Positions 1 to 10,221 of a stretch of 64,000 nt of DNA are shown piece by piece. A program made the position numbers and the translations under genes. The notes beneath the pieces were generated by a model. It had not been told where the DNA came from. It saw nothing but the letters and a program-made list of their open reading frames with translations, and ran no database searches. Numbering within the stretch: position 1 is the first letter of the stretch; each line of letters begins with the position of its first letter. This stretch comes from Candidatus Hadarchaeota archaeon (GTDB taxonomy: Archaea > CAYQAE01 > CAYVLA01), in NCBI GenBank assembly GCA_964621445.1, contig CAZUNO010000002.1:1-64000 (forward strand). The letters are read 5' to 3'.

Positions 1-324
1 CCGGTAGGTAAACTTGAAACGAAGCCCTGACAGAGCCCATTCCCGAGCCTCTACAAATATGAACAGGGGAAATCCGCCTATATGGAAGCTGACATGCAAA
101 CAGCGATATCACGCCTAACGGAGGCAAATGACCAGCTCAACACGGCTTCGGAGAAGATATGGAAATTAAAGGATCAGGCCCTGCTCTGGGTTTACGTCAC
201 CGAGTGGTTGGTGGTTTCCGGAGTAGGGTTGATATGTGGATTCTTTCTCTGGTCAGTGATGATAAGGCGCAAGCTCTACAAGGAGGTAACCGTGAGCAGG
301 CTCTCAAGAATACATGAAACTTGA
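1..324 (+). CDS. C-terminal fragment of GATase1-like (DUF1355-like) membrane-anchored paralog (window edge; in-frame TGA at 28-30)
   Basis: Ends KDQALLWVYVTEW...LWSVMIRRKLYKEV, matching the C-termini of ORFs 13235-14455 and 17815-19038. Confidence 0.75.
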
Positions 325-396
325 TTCTGAAAAATTCGGTTACCTTTCGAATTCCTGCCACGATATTTATTAGAAGACAAATCGCTCTAGATATTG

Positions 397-927
397 ATGA
401 GCCTTATGTCCGGCATTCCCCTACCGACATCCCTCCCCCTTCCAAGTGCATTGGTAATCATTTTTATCGGTCTCGGGATCGCCTTCCTGGGAAGAAAAGT
501 CATCAAGATCCTCGTCTTCCTGGGAGCTGGGCTCTTCGGCGGGAGCATGGTCTTTTCATTTCTGGATGGAAGGTTTGGCGGGTATATCCCGCTTATCGGG
601 GGTATCGCTGGCTTCCTTATCCTTGGCTTCCTGTCTCTCAATCTCCTTAAGTTCCTGTTCGGGATAATGACTGGGCTAGCAGGGTACTATATCCTTGTGG
701 CCATCACCGGGAATCAGGTACTTGGCATTCTGGGGGCCGTTATCATATTCGTGATCGGGCTATTTCTATTCAAATATTATCTATCCCTAGGCACCGCCTT
801 CGGAGGGGCCATGCTGGTTATGAGCGGGCTACAAGCCGCGGGACTACACAGTACGCTATCCGCCCTGGTGGCGGTCGTGGTGGGTATACTTGGTGTCTAT
901 GTCCAGATAAAGCAGCTCTGGAAATGA
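397..927 (+). CDS. multi-pass membrane protein (DUF4203-like)
   Basis: About 6-7 Gly-rich hydrophobic helices. Confidence 0.7.
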   Translation: MSLMSGIPLPTSLPLPSALVIIFIGLGIAFLGRKVIKILVFLGAGLFGGSMVFSFLDGRFGGYIPLIGGIAGFLILGFLSLNLLKFLFGIMTGLAGYYILVAITGNQVLGILGAVIIFVIGLFLFKYYLSLGTAFGGAMLVMSGLQAAGLHSTLSALVAVVVGILGVYVQIKQLWK

Positions 928-983
928 TGCTTTTCGTAGAAATCATAAATCAAGTCCAAGCTAGGAATGGGCTCGGTTCAACC

Positions 984-1256
984 ATGAAAGAAGAGCGGAC
1001 AGGTATTGTGAAGATTAAGCCCGTCTACGTGAGTCTGCACGATCTAGGATCAATTACCGCCCTCCAGGGTCGCATTCTTGAGACCGAGGACGGTATCCAC
1101 TGCCGTGAAATCGTCCGCATGGCAGCTGATTTCTCCTCCAAGGCTATAAGAAGTGAGATGGTTGGATCACAGCACGTATCAATGATCATCGGTCACTTGG
1201 GAGAGGCCCTGGAAGAGGCTGCAAATTTGCTTAGCATGGAATTGAAAATGATCTAG
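984..1256 (+). CDS. hypothetical protein
   Basis: ORF sits between co-oriented genes; ATG 984 is the likely start. Confidence 0.5.
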   Translation: MKEERTGIVKIKPVYVSLHDLGSITALQGRILETEDGIHCREIVRMAADFSSKAIRSEMVGSQHVSMIIGHLGEALEEAANLLSMELKMI

Positions 1257-1265
1257 GATGATCGT

Positions 1266-2153
1266 ATGGAGCAGGGATTCAAACTCGGTATGGGACAACT
1301 CCTGGTTGAGGGAGGCAAGGTCGACGAAAACCTGGGTAGGGCGAAATCCATGATTAGCCGTGCTGCAAATGCCGGATGTTCATTGGTCGTTTTGCCCGAA
1401 TGTCTTGATTTTGGCTGGACGCACCCATCTGCGGCGGAGAGGTGTGAGGAGATACCTGGAGATCATTCGGGAATCATTTGTTCCTCAGCCAGAAGGGAAT
1501 CCATCTACGTCGTGGCTGGGCTCACGGAAAGATGCGGATCCAAGATCTATAACTCGGCTATACTGGTCTCACCCGAGGGCGATATCCTCATTAAGCACCG
1601 GAAGATCAACGTCCTGAGTATAGCCCAGGATCTTTACTCCGTTGGGGATCGATTAATGGCCCTGGAAACCCCCCTGGGTATGCTTGGAATCAGTATATGC
1701 GCGGATAATTTCCCCGACTCACTGACTCTTGCCCACTCATTGGCCCGGATGGGCTGCAACCTGCTCCTCTCTCCCTCGGCATGGGCGGTAGATGCTGATT
1801 ACGATAACCAAAAAAAACCATACGGTGGCCTTTGGAAAACCTCGTACAAACGCCTTGCAGATCTCTATGACATGACTACGGTTGGAGTTAGCTGCGTGGG
1901 CTGGATGACGGCTGGCCCCTGGGAGGGAAGAAAATGCATCGGGTGCTCGCTTGCAGTCGGGCCAGGGGGAGATATCCTTGCCCAGGGATCCTTTGGGTCC
2001 GATTCACAGGAATTGATAACTACAAACCTCAACCCTTCGCCTCCTCCCGCTCACGGCACGGGTATAGCAAATATGTTGGAAAAGAGGGGATATAGTCCAC
2101 CCGGTCTTTTGGGGGACGATGGTTACTATATGATGCGTGGGGGAGGGAAATAA
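1266..2153 (+). CDS. carbon-nitrogen hydrolase (nitrilase superfamily)
   Basis: Glu-Lys-Cys triad motifs VVLPE, HRKIN, ICAD. Confidence 0.9.
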   Translation: MEQGFKLGMGQLLVEGGKVDENLGRAKSMISRAANAGCSLVVLPECLDFGWTHPSAAERCEEIPGDHSGIICSSARRESIYVVAGLTERCGSKIYNSAILVSPEGDILIKHRKINVLSIAQDLYSVGDRLMALETPLGMLGISICADNFPDSLTLAHSLARMGCNLLLSPSAWAVDADYDNQKKPYGGLWKTSYKRLADLYDMTTVGVSCVGWMTAGPWEGRKCIGCSLAVGPGGDILAQGSFGSDSQELITTNLNPSPPPAHGTGIANMLEKRGYSPPGLLGDDGYYMMRGGGK

Positions 2154-2197
2154 CCAAATCCTTGTTTCGGGATTCAAATGTAGGTAGATGGCGTTAG

Positions 2198-3523
2198 TTA
2201 GCCTTTGGAGTCATGGTGCCCGAGTGCCCGTCTCAAGTTTTTCATGTCCACTTCACTTACAGGTTTTCCACTCGAGGCACACCTCGCCCCGGCAGTGCCC
2301 GCTGCCTCTCCCATCGACATACAGGGTACCATTACCCTTATGGCGCTCATTGCCATCCTGTCGGCGGAAACTGAACGGCCCGCGACTAGGAGATTTGAAG
2401 GACCTTGGGCGGGAACCATAACCCTATAGGGAATTCTGATCATTTTGAAACCCTTATCTATTACCACATTTTTTGAATCATCCCGGCTCGAAGCATGGAG
2501 ATCAAAACCATATGTACAGTAAGCTATGGTGTCCGGGAATTCCTTTTCCTTTCTACAATCCTCCTCGGTGAGGGTATAGAGACCCTCAATTCTCCGGCTT
2601 TCCCTTACCCCCATCTGGCACGCAATCCGGGAGATATACGCATCCTTGAATCCCGGTATATGAGGTTTCATTACCTTTTCGAAAAGCAGGTGGATCTTCT
2701 CCCTAGCCTCTATCTCGGCCCAGGTCAAGGACTCCGCATCCAGCGGGTTTTTGTCCAGTATCATCTGAACCCAGTTGAATATGATCTCCCCTGGGCGAGT
2801 AGGATTGACCATGAAGGGCATGAATCGTTCCTCGTTCAGGAAAGTGGTCTCCCTTATCTGTTCCGGAATTTTCAATCCCGACTCCTGGACGAAATCAGGC
2901 CACCTAGATTTTATGGCGGACAGGACGGCCTCCGCGTCCACATTGGCAACCGAAAAAAGCAGGGACATTCCCATGGTCTTACCGTCCTCCCTACCGTATC
3001 TAAAGGGAATCTTGCTCTGGGCAGCGAGGTCGGCATCACCGGTACAATCGATGAACATCTTGCCACGGATGCTCTTCTCCCCTCCCTTACCCATAACCTG
3101 GGTCGACTCGATATTTCCCCCGGATCGCCTTGCCCCTTTTACCCATGAATGTAGCAGGAGGGACGCCCCCGACTCCAATAGCATCCTCTGGTAGAGGATC
3201 TTTACTCCCTCTGGGTCTATGGCCAGCCAGTGATCTTTTGCAGGATCATCCTTTGTATAACCAGAGTTAATTGCCCTCCTAGCAAATTCATCTGCTAATC
3301 CAAATATACTCTGGCCGGATTCATCCTTATAGGTTAGGAAGGGCAGGCCGGTTGAAGCCATTCCCCCCACGTTTCCGTATCTTTCCACTAACAGGGTCTT
3401 TGCACCTGCTCTTGCAGCACTAACGGCGGCGGCGAAGCCGGCAGGTCCGCCCCCACACACAATTACATCAAAAACCTGATCATATACCGACATTGTATCA
3501 CACTTGGTATCCATGCTTATCAA
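2198..3523 (-). CDS. FAD-dependent oxidoreductase (FAD_oxidored family)
   Basis: GGGPAG Rossmann motif, FIDCTGDADL, GVRESRRIEG, IPYR, NLLVAGR. Confidence 0.9.
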   Translation of the reverse strand: MISMDTKCDTMSVYDQVFDVIVCGGGPAGFAAAVSAARAGAKTLLVERYGNVGGMASTGLPFLTYKDESGQSIFGLADEFARRAINSGYTKDDPAKDHWLAIDPEGVKILYQRMLLESGASLLLHSWVKGARRSGGNIESTQVMGKGGEKSIRGKMFIDCTGDADLAAQSKIPFRYGREDGKTMGMSLLFSVANVDAEAVLSAIKSRWPDFVQESGLKIPEQIRETTFLNEERFMPFMVNPTRPGEIIFNWVQMILDKNPLDAESLTWAEIEAREKIHLLFEKVMKPHIPGFKDAYISRIACQMGVRESRRIEGLYTLTEEDCRKEKEFPDTIAYCTYGFDLHASSRDDSKNVVIDKGFKMIRIPYRVMVPAQGPSNLLVAGRSVSADRMAMSAIRVMVPCMSMGEAAGTAGARCASSGKPVSEVDMKNLRRALGHHDSKG

Positions 3524-3579
3524 GATAACGTACTTTATATCTAGCTCGGGTTATACGAATCATAGGCCCGGTCCTATTA

Positions 3580-4284
3580 TTAAACTTGAATAAGCAACGC
3601 CGAATCATCCGTCATCCATTCTGGCTTCTCCCCAATCCTCCAACCGGACCCCGTGGTCTCGCAGTATGCATAATGAACGCCATTTTTGGTATAATATGTC
3701 AGAGGGTAATCCTTTGGCCAGTCGGAAATTACGCTTTCATCTATCCTAACTCCTGCCGCCATATGTTGTGACTCATCGAACTTCAGCAGAACAACCCCGT
3801 ATCCCATCTCAGAAATGATGGAAACAAACAATATGGCCGTGTCCTCGCAATCACCCTTTCCATCAAACATGGTTTCTATGGGGTACCTCGGGTACTCATC
3901 ATACCCACCGTCCTCATCCTCCGCGTATTCTAAACTTTGAACGAGGCTGAGTACGAAATCTATCTTCCCACTCCAATCACACTCCGCTTCGGCTCCCGAT
4001 AGCTTCGAGGAGAGCTCTCGGATATACTCGTCATCTCCATCATCGGTTGCATACACATGATACCCACAATCCCTTGGTCTGCTCCTGTATTCCTGGTAAA
4101 GTTCCAATGGGATGCTTACGTTCCATGCATAGGATTGGCCATTGAAATCCCATCTAAAATTCTTAACCAGCTTTCCTCCCTCCGCACTCTCTAGGAATTG
4201 GATCTCCGGTCCGAAGTCGCAACCGAGGAGAAATACCCCTGCCAGGACCGCTGCTGCTATGACTAGGTAATGCCCACCCTCCAC
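3580..4284 (-). CDS. transglutaminase-like putative lipoprotein
   Basis: Signal peptide with LLGC lipobox; YPRYPIET..GDCED, HMAAG and YCETT (Cys-His-Glu/Asp-type triad). Confidence 0.8.
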   Translation of the reverse strand: MEGGHYLVIAAAVLAGVFLLGCDFGPEIQFLESAEGGKLVKNFRWDFNGQSYAWNVSIPLELYQEYRSRPRDCGYHVYATDDGDDEYIRELSSKLSGAEAECDWSGKIDFVLSLVQSLEYAEDEDGGYDEYPRYPIETMFDGKGDCEDTAILFVSIISEMGYGVVLLKFDESQHMAAGVRIDESVISDWPKDYPLTYYTKNGVHYAYCETTGSGWRIGEKPEWMTDDSALLIQV

Positions 4285-4457
4285 ATTATGACGGGGCGAT
4301 AACCCCTAAAAAGATGAACTTGCTGATTCCATCTAGAAATTGTTACTAACGCAATACTCCTTCTCCTTTTCGCAACCAGTGTACCCTGAAGGAAAGGCCA
4401 AATGTATTAATAGCACGTAATATTCAGAAGTAACACTTGGCCTATGAGGAGAACGGT

Positions 4458-5726
4458 ATGATTACCGAGAAGAGCTGTACCATGATGAGAAAATCCTTTC
4501 AGAATACCAGATACAAATATGCCCAAATTCCAAGGGCAAAATTCGGTTCCTCTAGCTTTGGAATATACGTTCACGTCCCCTTCTGCTTCAGCAAATGCAA
4601 TTTCTGCCCCTTCTATAAGGAGATATACAACGAAAAAGCCAAGAATCTCTATCTTGAGGCCATCCATAAGGAGCTCCGGGAAACCCGGATGTCGGGCAGT
4701 ACAAGCTGGGTCTATTTCGGAGGAGGCACCCCCAACACCCTGAAGGCCTCTGAGCTAGGGAGGATACTTGGGGCAATCCGCGAGCAGGTCGAAGTGAATG
4801 CGGCAGGAGTGGAATTATTGCCCGCCAAAATTGATCAGCGGTTCCTATCCGGACTTCAAGAGCGCGGTTTCAATAGGATAAGCGTGGGGATTGAAAGCTT
4901 CTCCAAGAAGGTATTATCCAAGACGGGAAGACAGCTCAAGGAAGCAGAGCACACCAGGAAAATGATCGAAAAAGCTAAGGACCTAGGCCTCTCGGTTAAC
5001 GCCGACATGATGGTCGGTCTCCCGGGCCAGGATTCCCATATCTTCCTGCAGGACGTGGCACAAATCGCCGAGATATCCCCAAACCAGGTCACCATTTACC
5101 CCTATATGACCATTAGGGGAACCAGGGCAAATCCAAGCATGTCCACTGACCATCAAATTGATCTAATAGAGAGGGCCGGCCATGTTCTTAGCGGTCAGGG
5201 GTATGACCGGAAGGCAGTATGGACCTTTGCCCTGACCGATAATATCTATGATTCCTCCAGGGATGAGTTAACGGAGGAATACGCTGGGTTTGGACCGGCG
5301 GCATTTTCCACCTATGGGTCCTGGAAAGTCGTCAACCCGGAACTCTGGGCATATCTTGACAACGCATCCAAAGAGCAGTGGAAGGGGTTTGTTGCTCGAA
5401 ATTCTCGAGAAAGCTCCCACTGGAGGAGATTCGCCCGGATGATATACGACCTTAATTTTGAAAACTCCGATAGTTTCCCACTCAAGATCAGGCTCTTCAT
5501 CGGTCTGCTCAGGGCCTTCGGTTACGGTAGGAATGGACGGCTAACGGAAAAGGGAGTCAAGTTTGCCCACAAGGTATCCAAAACAGTTGTGGAGTCACTC
5601 CCATTTCCGGTACAGAACCCTGATTGCGTGGTCAACCACGACTCTTACCTTGAGCAGAGGGCAGGTCCATCCAAGATCTCCGAGATCCAGAATGAACCAA
5701 TTAAAGTTCCGGCATGGGATTCCTGA
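4458..5726 (+). CDS. HemN/HemW-like radical SAM protein
   Basis: HVPFCFSKCNFC (CxxxCxxC), YFGGGTP, NRISVGIESF; GAGGAG RBS before ATG 4458. Confidence 0.85.
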   Translation: MITEKSCTMMRKSFQNTRYKYAQIPRAKFGSSSFGIYVHVPFCFSKCNFCPFYKEIYNEKAKNLYLEAIHKELRETRMSGSTSWVYFGGGTPNTLKASELGRILGAIREQVEVNAAGVELLPAKIDQRFLSGLQERGFNRISVGIESFSKKVLSKTGRQLKEAEHTRKMIEKAKDLGLSVNADMMVGLPGQDSHIFLQDVAQIAEISPNQVTIYPYMTIRGTRANPSMSTDHQIDLIERAGHVLSGQGYDRKAVWTFALTDNIYDSSRDELTEEYAGFGPAAFSTYGSWKVVNPELWAYLDNASKEQWKGFVARNSRESSHWRRFARMIYDLNFENSDSFPLKIRLFIGLLRAFGYGRNGRLTEKGVKFAHKVSKTVVESLPFPVQNPDCVVNHDSYLEQRAGPSKISEIQNEPIKVPAWDS

Positions 5727-5833
5727 GGACCGGAGGATCTTTTTTTGCCTGAATCTCTTCGCCGAGCTCGGGAATTCCAGAAATAGTCACCTTTTTTACA
5801 TCGGGTCCCCGCTATTTACGAGGAGATACAAAA

Positions 5834-6046
5834 TTGGTGGCCGGTTTCCAGATATTGGCAGGTATAATCTCGGCTTCGCTTCTTTTCATAGGACTATGGC
5901 AAATCGAGATGATGTGGTTGCACAAATCCTGGGAATTCCAGAGATTTGTCCTGCCTTTCGGAAAGGAGGTCCCTTGGTGGTTCGCCAGGGACCTATGGTA
6001 CGCCTTCATCATATCCGGGTACGTGGTACTCATACTGGCCATGTGA
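5834..6046 (+). CDS. small membrane protein
   Basis: Two hydrophobic segments; AGGAG RBS upstream. Confidence 0.55.
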   Translation: MVAGFQILAGIISASLLFIGLWQIEMMWLHKSWEFQRFVLPFGKEVPWWFARDLWYAFIISGYVVLILAM

Positions 6047-6142
6047 TTTTCTGGTCCTTCAGCTCCGGAACCATTAAATATCGCTATATGGCACTAGACA
6101 TTTATTCGCTCAAGTCAAGACCCACCATAGAGGTCCAGTGAA

Positions 6143-7495
6143 ATGAAAAAGAGGGACGCAAAGCCCAATATAATATTCATACTCTCAGATCAGCAAAGGT
6201 GGGACACCCTCTCCTGCTACCGGAAACCGATTTACCCAGGCCTCACTCCCAACCTAGATCGGATGGCAAAGGAGGGAATACGTTTTGAAAATGCCTTCAC
6301 CCCGCAACCGGTCTGTGGTCCAGCTCGATCCTGCATCCAGACCGGAAAATGGGTAACTCAAACCGGCTGTTTCACGAATGGAATTGCCCTTCCCACCGAC
6401 CAGAAGACTATAGCTCACTACCTTTCCGAATCCGGATATAGCGTTGGATATATAGGTAAATGGCATCTCGCTTCAAACCGAAGGAAGGGCATAAATTTCC
6501 GGGATAAACCCGTGCCTCCCGAACGCAGAGGTGGTTATACCGATTACTGGTTGGCCTCTGATGTGCTTGAATTCACCTCCCATTCCTATGATGGCCACAT
6601 GTATAACGGGGACATGGAAAGAGTGGAATTCCCCGAAGATCGTTACCGTGCTGACTGCCTAACGGATTTCTGCCTAGAGGCGATAGAGGAAATAGGGACC
6701 CAAAAGCCTTTCTTCCTTTTCCTTTCCTTTATTGAGCCTCACCAGCAGAATGACCACAAACAATTCGAGGGACCAGCTGGCTCTCGTGAACGTTTCAAGG
6801 ACTTTAACACACCTGGTGATCTAGAAGGTAGAGAGGGTGATTGGGAAACCGAACTCCCGGATTATCTCGGCGCAGTCAATAGCCTGGATAAGAACCTGGG
6901 ACGTATTCGTACTAGACTCCAGGAACTGGGACAGTCCGAAAAAACTCTTCTAATATATACAAGCGACCACGGATGCCACTTTAGGACCCGTAACTCCGAA
7001 TACAAGAGATCCTGTCACGAATCCGCTATCCGCATTCCAATGGTAATATATGGCCCGGGTTTCAGGGGAGGACGTATCATAGAGGACCTAGTCAGCCTCG
7101 TCGATCTTCCCTCAACCGTACTTGAATCCGCAGGTCTAGAAGCTCCGGATTACATGGTAGGACGATCTCTTCAGGATATAGTTGTTAACCGCCCAGTAAA
7201 CTGGCGGAGCGAAGTTTTCACTCAGATAAGCGAGACCCATGTTGGCAGGGCATTAAGGACGGAGAGGTGGAAATATTCAATCAGAGCGCCGGACAAGGAT
7301 GGAGGTCTGGATATGGCCAGCAAAATCTACAGGGAGGACTTTCTATACGACTTGCAGAACGATCCAAATGAAAACAACAACCTAGTTGATGACCCCGAAT
7401 ACGGACACATAAGGTCCAGCCTGGCCTCAGTTCTCGCCAGGCGCATGGTCCAAGCCGGAGAACAGGAACCGATAATTCAGGAAAAGAAGAGGTAA
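6143..7495 (+). CDS. Cys-type sulfatase (S1)
   Basis: PNIIFILSDQ, CGPARS (CxPxR), GKWH, SDHG, LYDLxxDPxExxNL. Confidence 0.92.
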   Translation: MKKRDAKPNIIFILSDQQRWDTLSCYRKPIYPGLTPNLDRMAKEGIRFENAFTPQPVCGPARSCIQTGKWVTQTGCFTNGIALPTDQKTIAHYLSESGYSVGYIGKWHLASNRRKGINFRDKPVPPERRGGYTDYWLASDVLEFTSHSYDGHMYNGDMERVEFPEDRYRADCLTDFCLEAIEEIGTQKPFFLFLSFIEPHQQNDHKQFEGPAGSRERFKDFNTPGDLEGREGDWETELPDYLGAVNSLDKNLGRIRTRLQELGQSEKTLLIYTSDHGCHFRTRNSEYKRSCHESAIRIPMVIYGPGFRGGRIIEDLVSLVDLPSTVLESAGLEAPDYMVGRSLQDIVVNRPVNWRSEVFTQISETHVGRALRTERWKYSIRAPDKDGGLDMASKIYREDFLYDLQNDPNENNNLVDDPEYGHIRSSLASVLARRMVQAGEQEPIIQEKKR

Positions 7496-7500
7496 TTCAC

Positions 7501-9150
7501 TCAGTCGCGGCCATATTTTCCCGAGCATAAGAAGGAACCGGCTATCTTGATCAGGCCGGCAAGAATTATCATATAGCATCCCTTTCCCAGTCCCCATTCC
7601 AATCTGGCCTCACCGATCTCGCTAATCGTGCCCGTATACTGGCCTCCAACCGGATTCGAGGAAACGGAATCTATCATGTCCCTCACGGGGCCGGGTGCAC
7701 TCCCTCCCATGATTGACTCAACCTGGGCCGACACAAAGGGCCCAAGAGCCAGGATCAGGATGATTATGGGGATCAGAGGGAGTAGAATATTGATAATACC
7801 GCTCCAAAGGTACCGGTTTCTAAGTTCCGCCTCGCTTCTGGCTTTGAGAGAGTCCAGAACCAGGAAAACCATGGATGAACCCAGGAATAGGCCGAAGGGA
7901 ATCTCCAAATTGAACATGCTTACCAATCCCCTATTGCTTTGCGGGTCATTCAACTGGAGTCCCTGATCTCCGCTAAAAGACATGATGGGAACCTCACCCT
8001 GAGTCTGATAGGGTCCATCAGGCACCTCAAGTCTCACGAAGTACCAGGGCTGCCAGATTGCCAAAACGGCAAGGAAAGCCCCTGCAACGGCCAGCACCGT
8101 TCCCAAGCCCAGCCCTCTGAAAGCATTTCTGCTAAACACGGCCCGCCCCAGCCCAAAGAACTTCCACATGCCACCGATTACGAGATAGATACCAAAGAAT
8201 ATCACGAAATTTTTAACTAACCAACTGAGCCACAGCCAATTTGTATTCAGGGACTTTGATTCAACCTGCCATAGATTTGGATTCTCCCACTTCTGGGAGT
8301 TGCTTCCATGTCCAGGGCCGTTGGGCCCTCTCCTACCCCTTAACTTATCTTCCGCTTCTCCCCATTCTCCCCACCTGCCCGAAAAGAGTAGCCATTCCTG
8401 GCCAGGTTCATGCTGATCCATCTCTCCCAGAAGAACCAGGTTGTAGCTATCAGGTCCGAATACTGGTCCGCTTTTTGATACCTCATCGTTCTGGAATCCC
8501 AAAACTCCCTGATATGACCTAAAGTAGTTAGCGTGAGAGCCTCTTGCAACGTAGACAATTGGGTGTTCATCACGTAGTAGCACCTCCTCCCACTCGGCCG
8601 ACTGGCCGGAAAGGTGCTGAGAATATCCCGCCGTTACAGGTTCTCCATTCCTAATCTGAAACTGGATCATCTCCCAGTCTCCCTCATGACTATTCAGATT
8701 CCCGTCATTGAAGGGATAGTAAAACCAGTACTGAACCACCACCTGGGAAGAATCCCCGGTCACCCTGGCATATATGGTGGGAATAATTTCATCGCTCACC
8801 TCTTCGAAATAGGTCCTCACTCCATTGTCGTCTATAGAGCCATGGGTATCATCTAGGAAATAGCGGGAATCCGTATCGTCATAGTTGGAAAGAGCCAAAG
8901 CGGATGGGTCCTGTAATACCGTTTCATATTCTCCATTCTTGACCCTTTTTAGCACGGAGTTGTTGAAGGCGTAAGTTACGGAAACCGGGAAAAAAACCTC
9001 ACCATCATCCATTTGAAGAAATGGGCTAAATTCTCGGGCCAGTGAGGATTCCAAGTCATCCGATATGCCATCCCCATCGGAATCGATGGCCCCAATGATA
9101 GGGAGGGATATAATGAGGAAAATGAATGTCGCAATAGAAGCCAGACGCAT
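7501..9150 (-). CDS. Vps62/NPP1-like exported domain fused to a multi-pass membrane domain
   Basis: Signal peptide, DSDGDG motif, QYWFYYPFN..HEGDWE, SQH, GSHANY; 4-5 C-terminal TM helices. Confidence 0.75.
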   Translation of the reverse strand: MRLASIATFIFLIISLPIIGAIDSDGDGISDDLESSLAREFSPFLQMDDGEVFFPVSVTYAFNNSVLKRVKNGEYETVLQDPSALALSNYDDTDSRYFLDDTHGSIDDNGVRTYFEEVSDEIIPTIYARVTGDSSQVVVQYWFYYPFNDGNLNSHEGDWEMIQFQIRNGEPVTAGYSQHLSGQSAEWEEVLLRDEHPIVYVARGSHANYFRSYQGVLGFQNDEVSKSGPVFGPDSYNLVLLGEMDQHEPGQEWLLFSGRWGEWGEAEDKLRGRRGPNGPGHGSNSQKWENPNLWQVESKSLNTNWLWLSWLVKNFVIFFGIYLVIGGMWKFFGLGRAVFSRNAFRGLGLGTVLAVAGAFLAVLAIWQPWYFVRLEVPDGPYQTQGEVPIMSFSGDQGLQLNDPQSNRGLVSMFNLEIPFGLFLGSSMVFLVLDSLKARSEAELRNRYLWSGIINILLPLIPIIILILALGPFVSAQVESIMGGSAPGPVRDMIDSVSSNPVGGQYTGTISEIGEARLEWGLGKGCYMIILAGLIKIAGSFLCSGKYGRD

Positions 9151-9213
9151 TGGGGGAGCCACTCACGACAAACTCTAAAATCTTTTGAGAAAATGGGTGG
9201 ATGAACCGGAAAA

Positions 9214-9780
9214 CTATTTTCTCCCTTCATCTAGCAGATTTGATAAATTATCCACTGTTTCCTCAAGATCGTCATTCTTAACGATCATGATCGGGGTACC
9301 CACATCGACTGCTATGGACATGGCTGCCGCCCGGTCGAAGTCGGAATGTTCCTGGATATCCTTTAGTGACTCCTCCACATCTGCCATCTCCTTGCCCACC
9401 ATTCTCCTCCTAACCACCTCGTAGGGCTCTGCCTCAAGCAAAACCAGCCTATTTGGATTTAGCTGCTCCATCATTCTTCTAGGCATGCCTGCAATGTAAC
9501 CGGCAGGAGTATGAACCGTGACATGCATATCCAGGATTACCTTTCCAGCTAGTTCCGCGGCTATGTCCTTAGTTGCCTTGGTCTGGAGTCTCGACAAGGT
9601 CTCGGGCCAGAGATCGTTCAGCTCCTCCCTGCTTTCTATCAAGCCCTCTTCCTTGGCCAATGAAAAGATGGTCTCACCGAAGTTTACGATGGTGACATCG
9701 TCCCTACCCTCTGCCAACCTATTGGCCACGGTAGTCTTGCCAGCGCCGGTCTGGCCACAAATTATATAGAATTCCGCCAT
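9214..9780 (-). CDS. adkA: archaeal-type adenylate kinase
   Basis: GQTGAGKTT P-loop, VNFG, DMHxTVHTPAGYIAGMP; GGAGG RBS. Confidence 0.8.
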   Translation of the reverse strand: MAEFYIICGQTGAGKTTVANRLAEGRDDVTIVNFGETIFSLAKEEGLIESREELNDLWPETLSRLQTKATKDIAAELAGKVILDMHVTVHTPAGYIAGMPRRMMEQLNPNRLVLLEAEPYEVVRRRMVGKEMADVEESLKDIQEHSDFDRAAAMSIAVDVGTPIMIVKNDDLEETVDNLSNLLDEGRK

Positions 9781-9909
9781 TTTCCTCCCTCCATCCATAT
9801 CTCAATCTGGATCATCAATTAATATTACCTTAACAGCTATGTTTTCATAGCGATATAGTTGTTTTGAGGGAATCCAAATGGGTACCCCGGCCTTGGTGGA
9901 GGAAGTTTA

Positions 9910-10221
9910 TTGTTATTATTCTGGCCCGTAGCCGTATTTTTTGCCATTCAGGTTTGGAGATACTCCATTCTTTACTCAAAATTCAGGATATTTGAGCATA
10001 TACTGATGGCCTCTGGAATGGGAGCATCTCTCTTTGGTGCCATTATCCTGTCCCTCGACCAGTCGGGTTTGATCGTAGGCGCATCTCTATTGACCATCGG
10101 TCTCCTCCTCTGGGGAAAAGCCCGTTTGGAGATACTGGGTAACCTGGAATGGCGGGAGATTAGGAAGAATCACTCCACAAAGGAAATCCTGCTCCCAGGT
10201 ATCAATCTAAAGGACTCATGA
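9910..10221 (+). CDS. small membrane protein
   Basis: Three hydrophobic helices; start codon uncertain. Confidence 0.45.
   Translation: MLLFWPVAVFFAIQVWRYSILYSKFRIFEHILMASGMGASLFGAIILSLDQSGLIVGASLLTIGLLLWGKARLEILGNLEWREIRKNHSTKEILLPGINLKDS

Noticed and set aside
28-30. TGA/TAA recoding (Sec, Pyl or alternative genetic code)
   Set aside because: Many intact genes end properly at TGA, TAG and TAA; the in-frame stops occur only in damaged genes
4458-5726. Radical SAM protein as anaerobic sulfatase maturase for the nearby sulfatase
   Set aside because: It is HemN-like and lacks the Cys-rich SPASM domain of anSME
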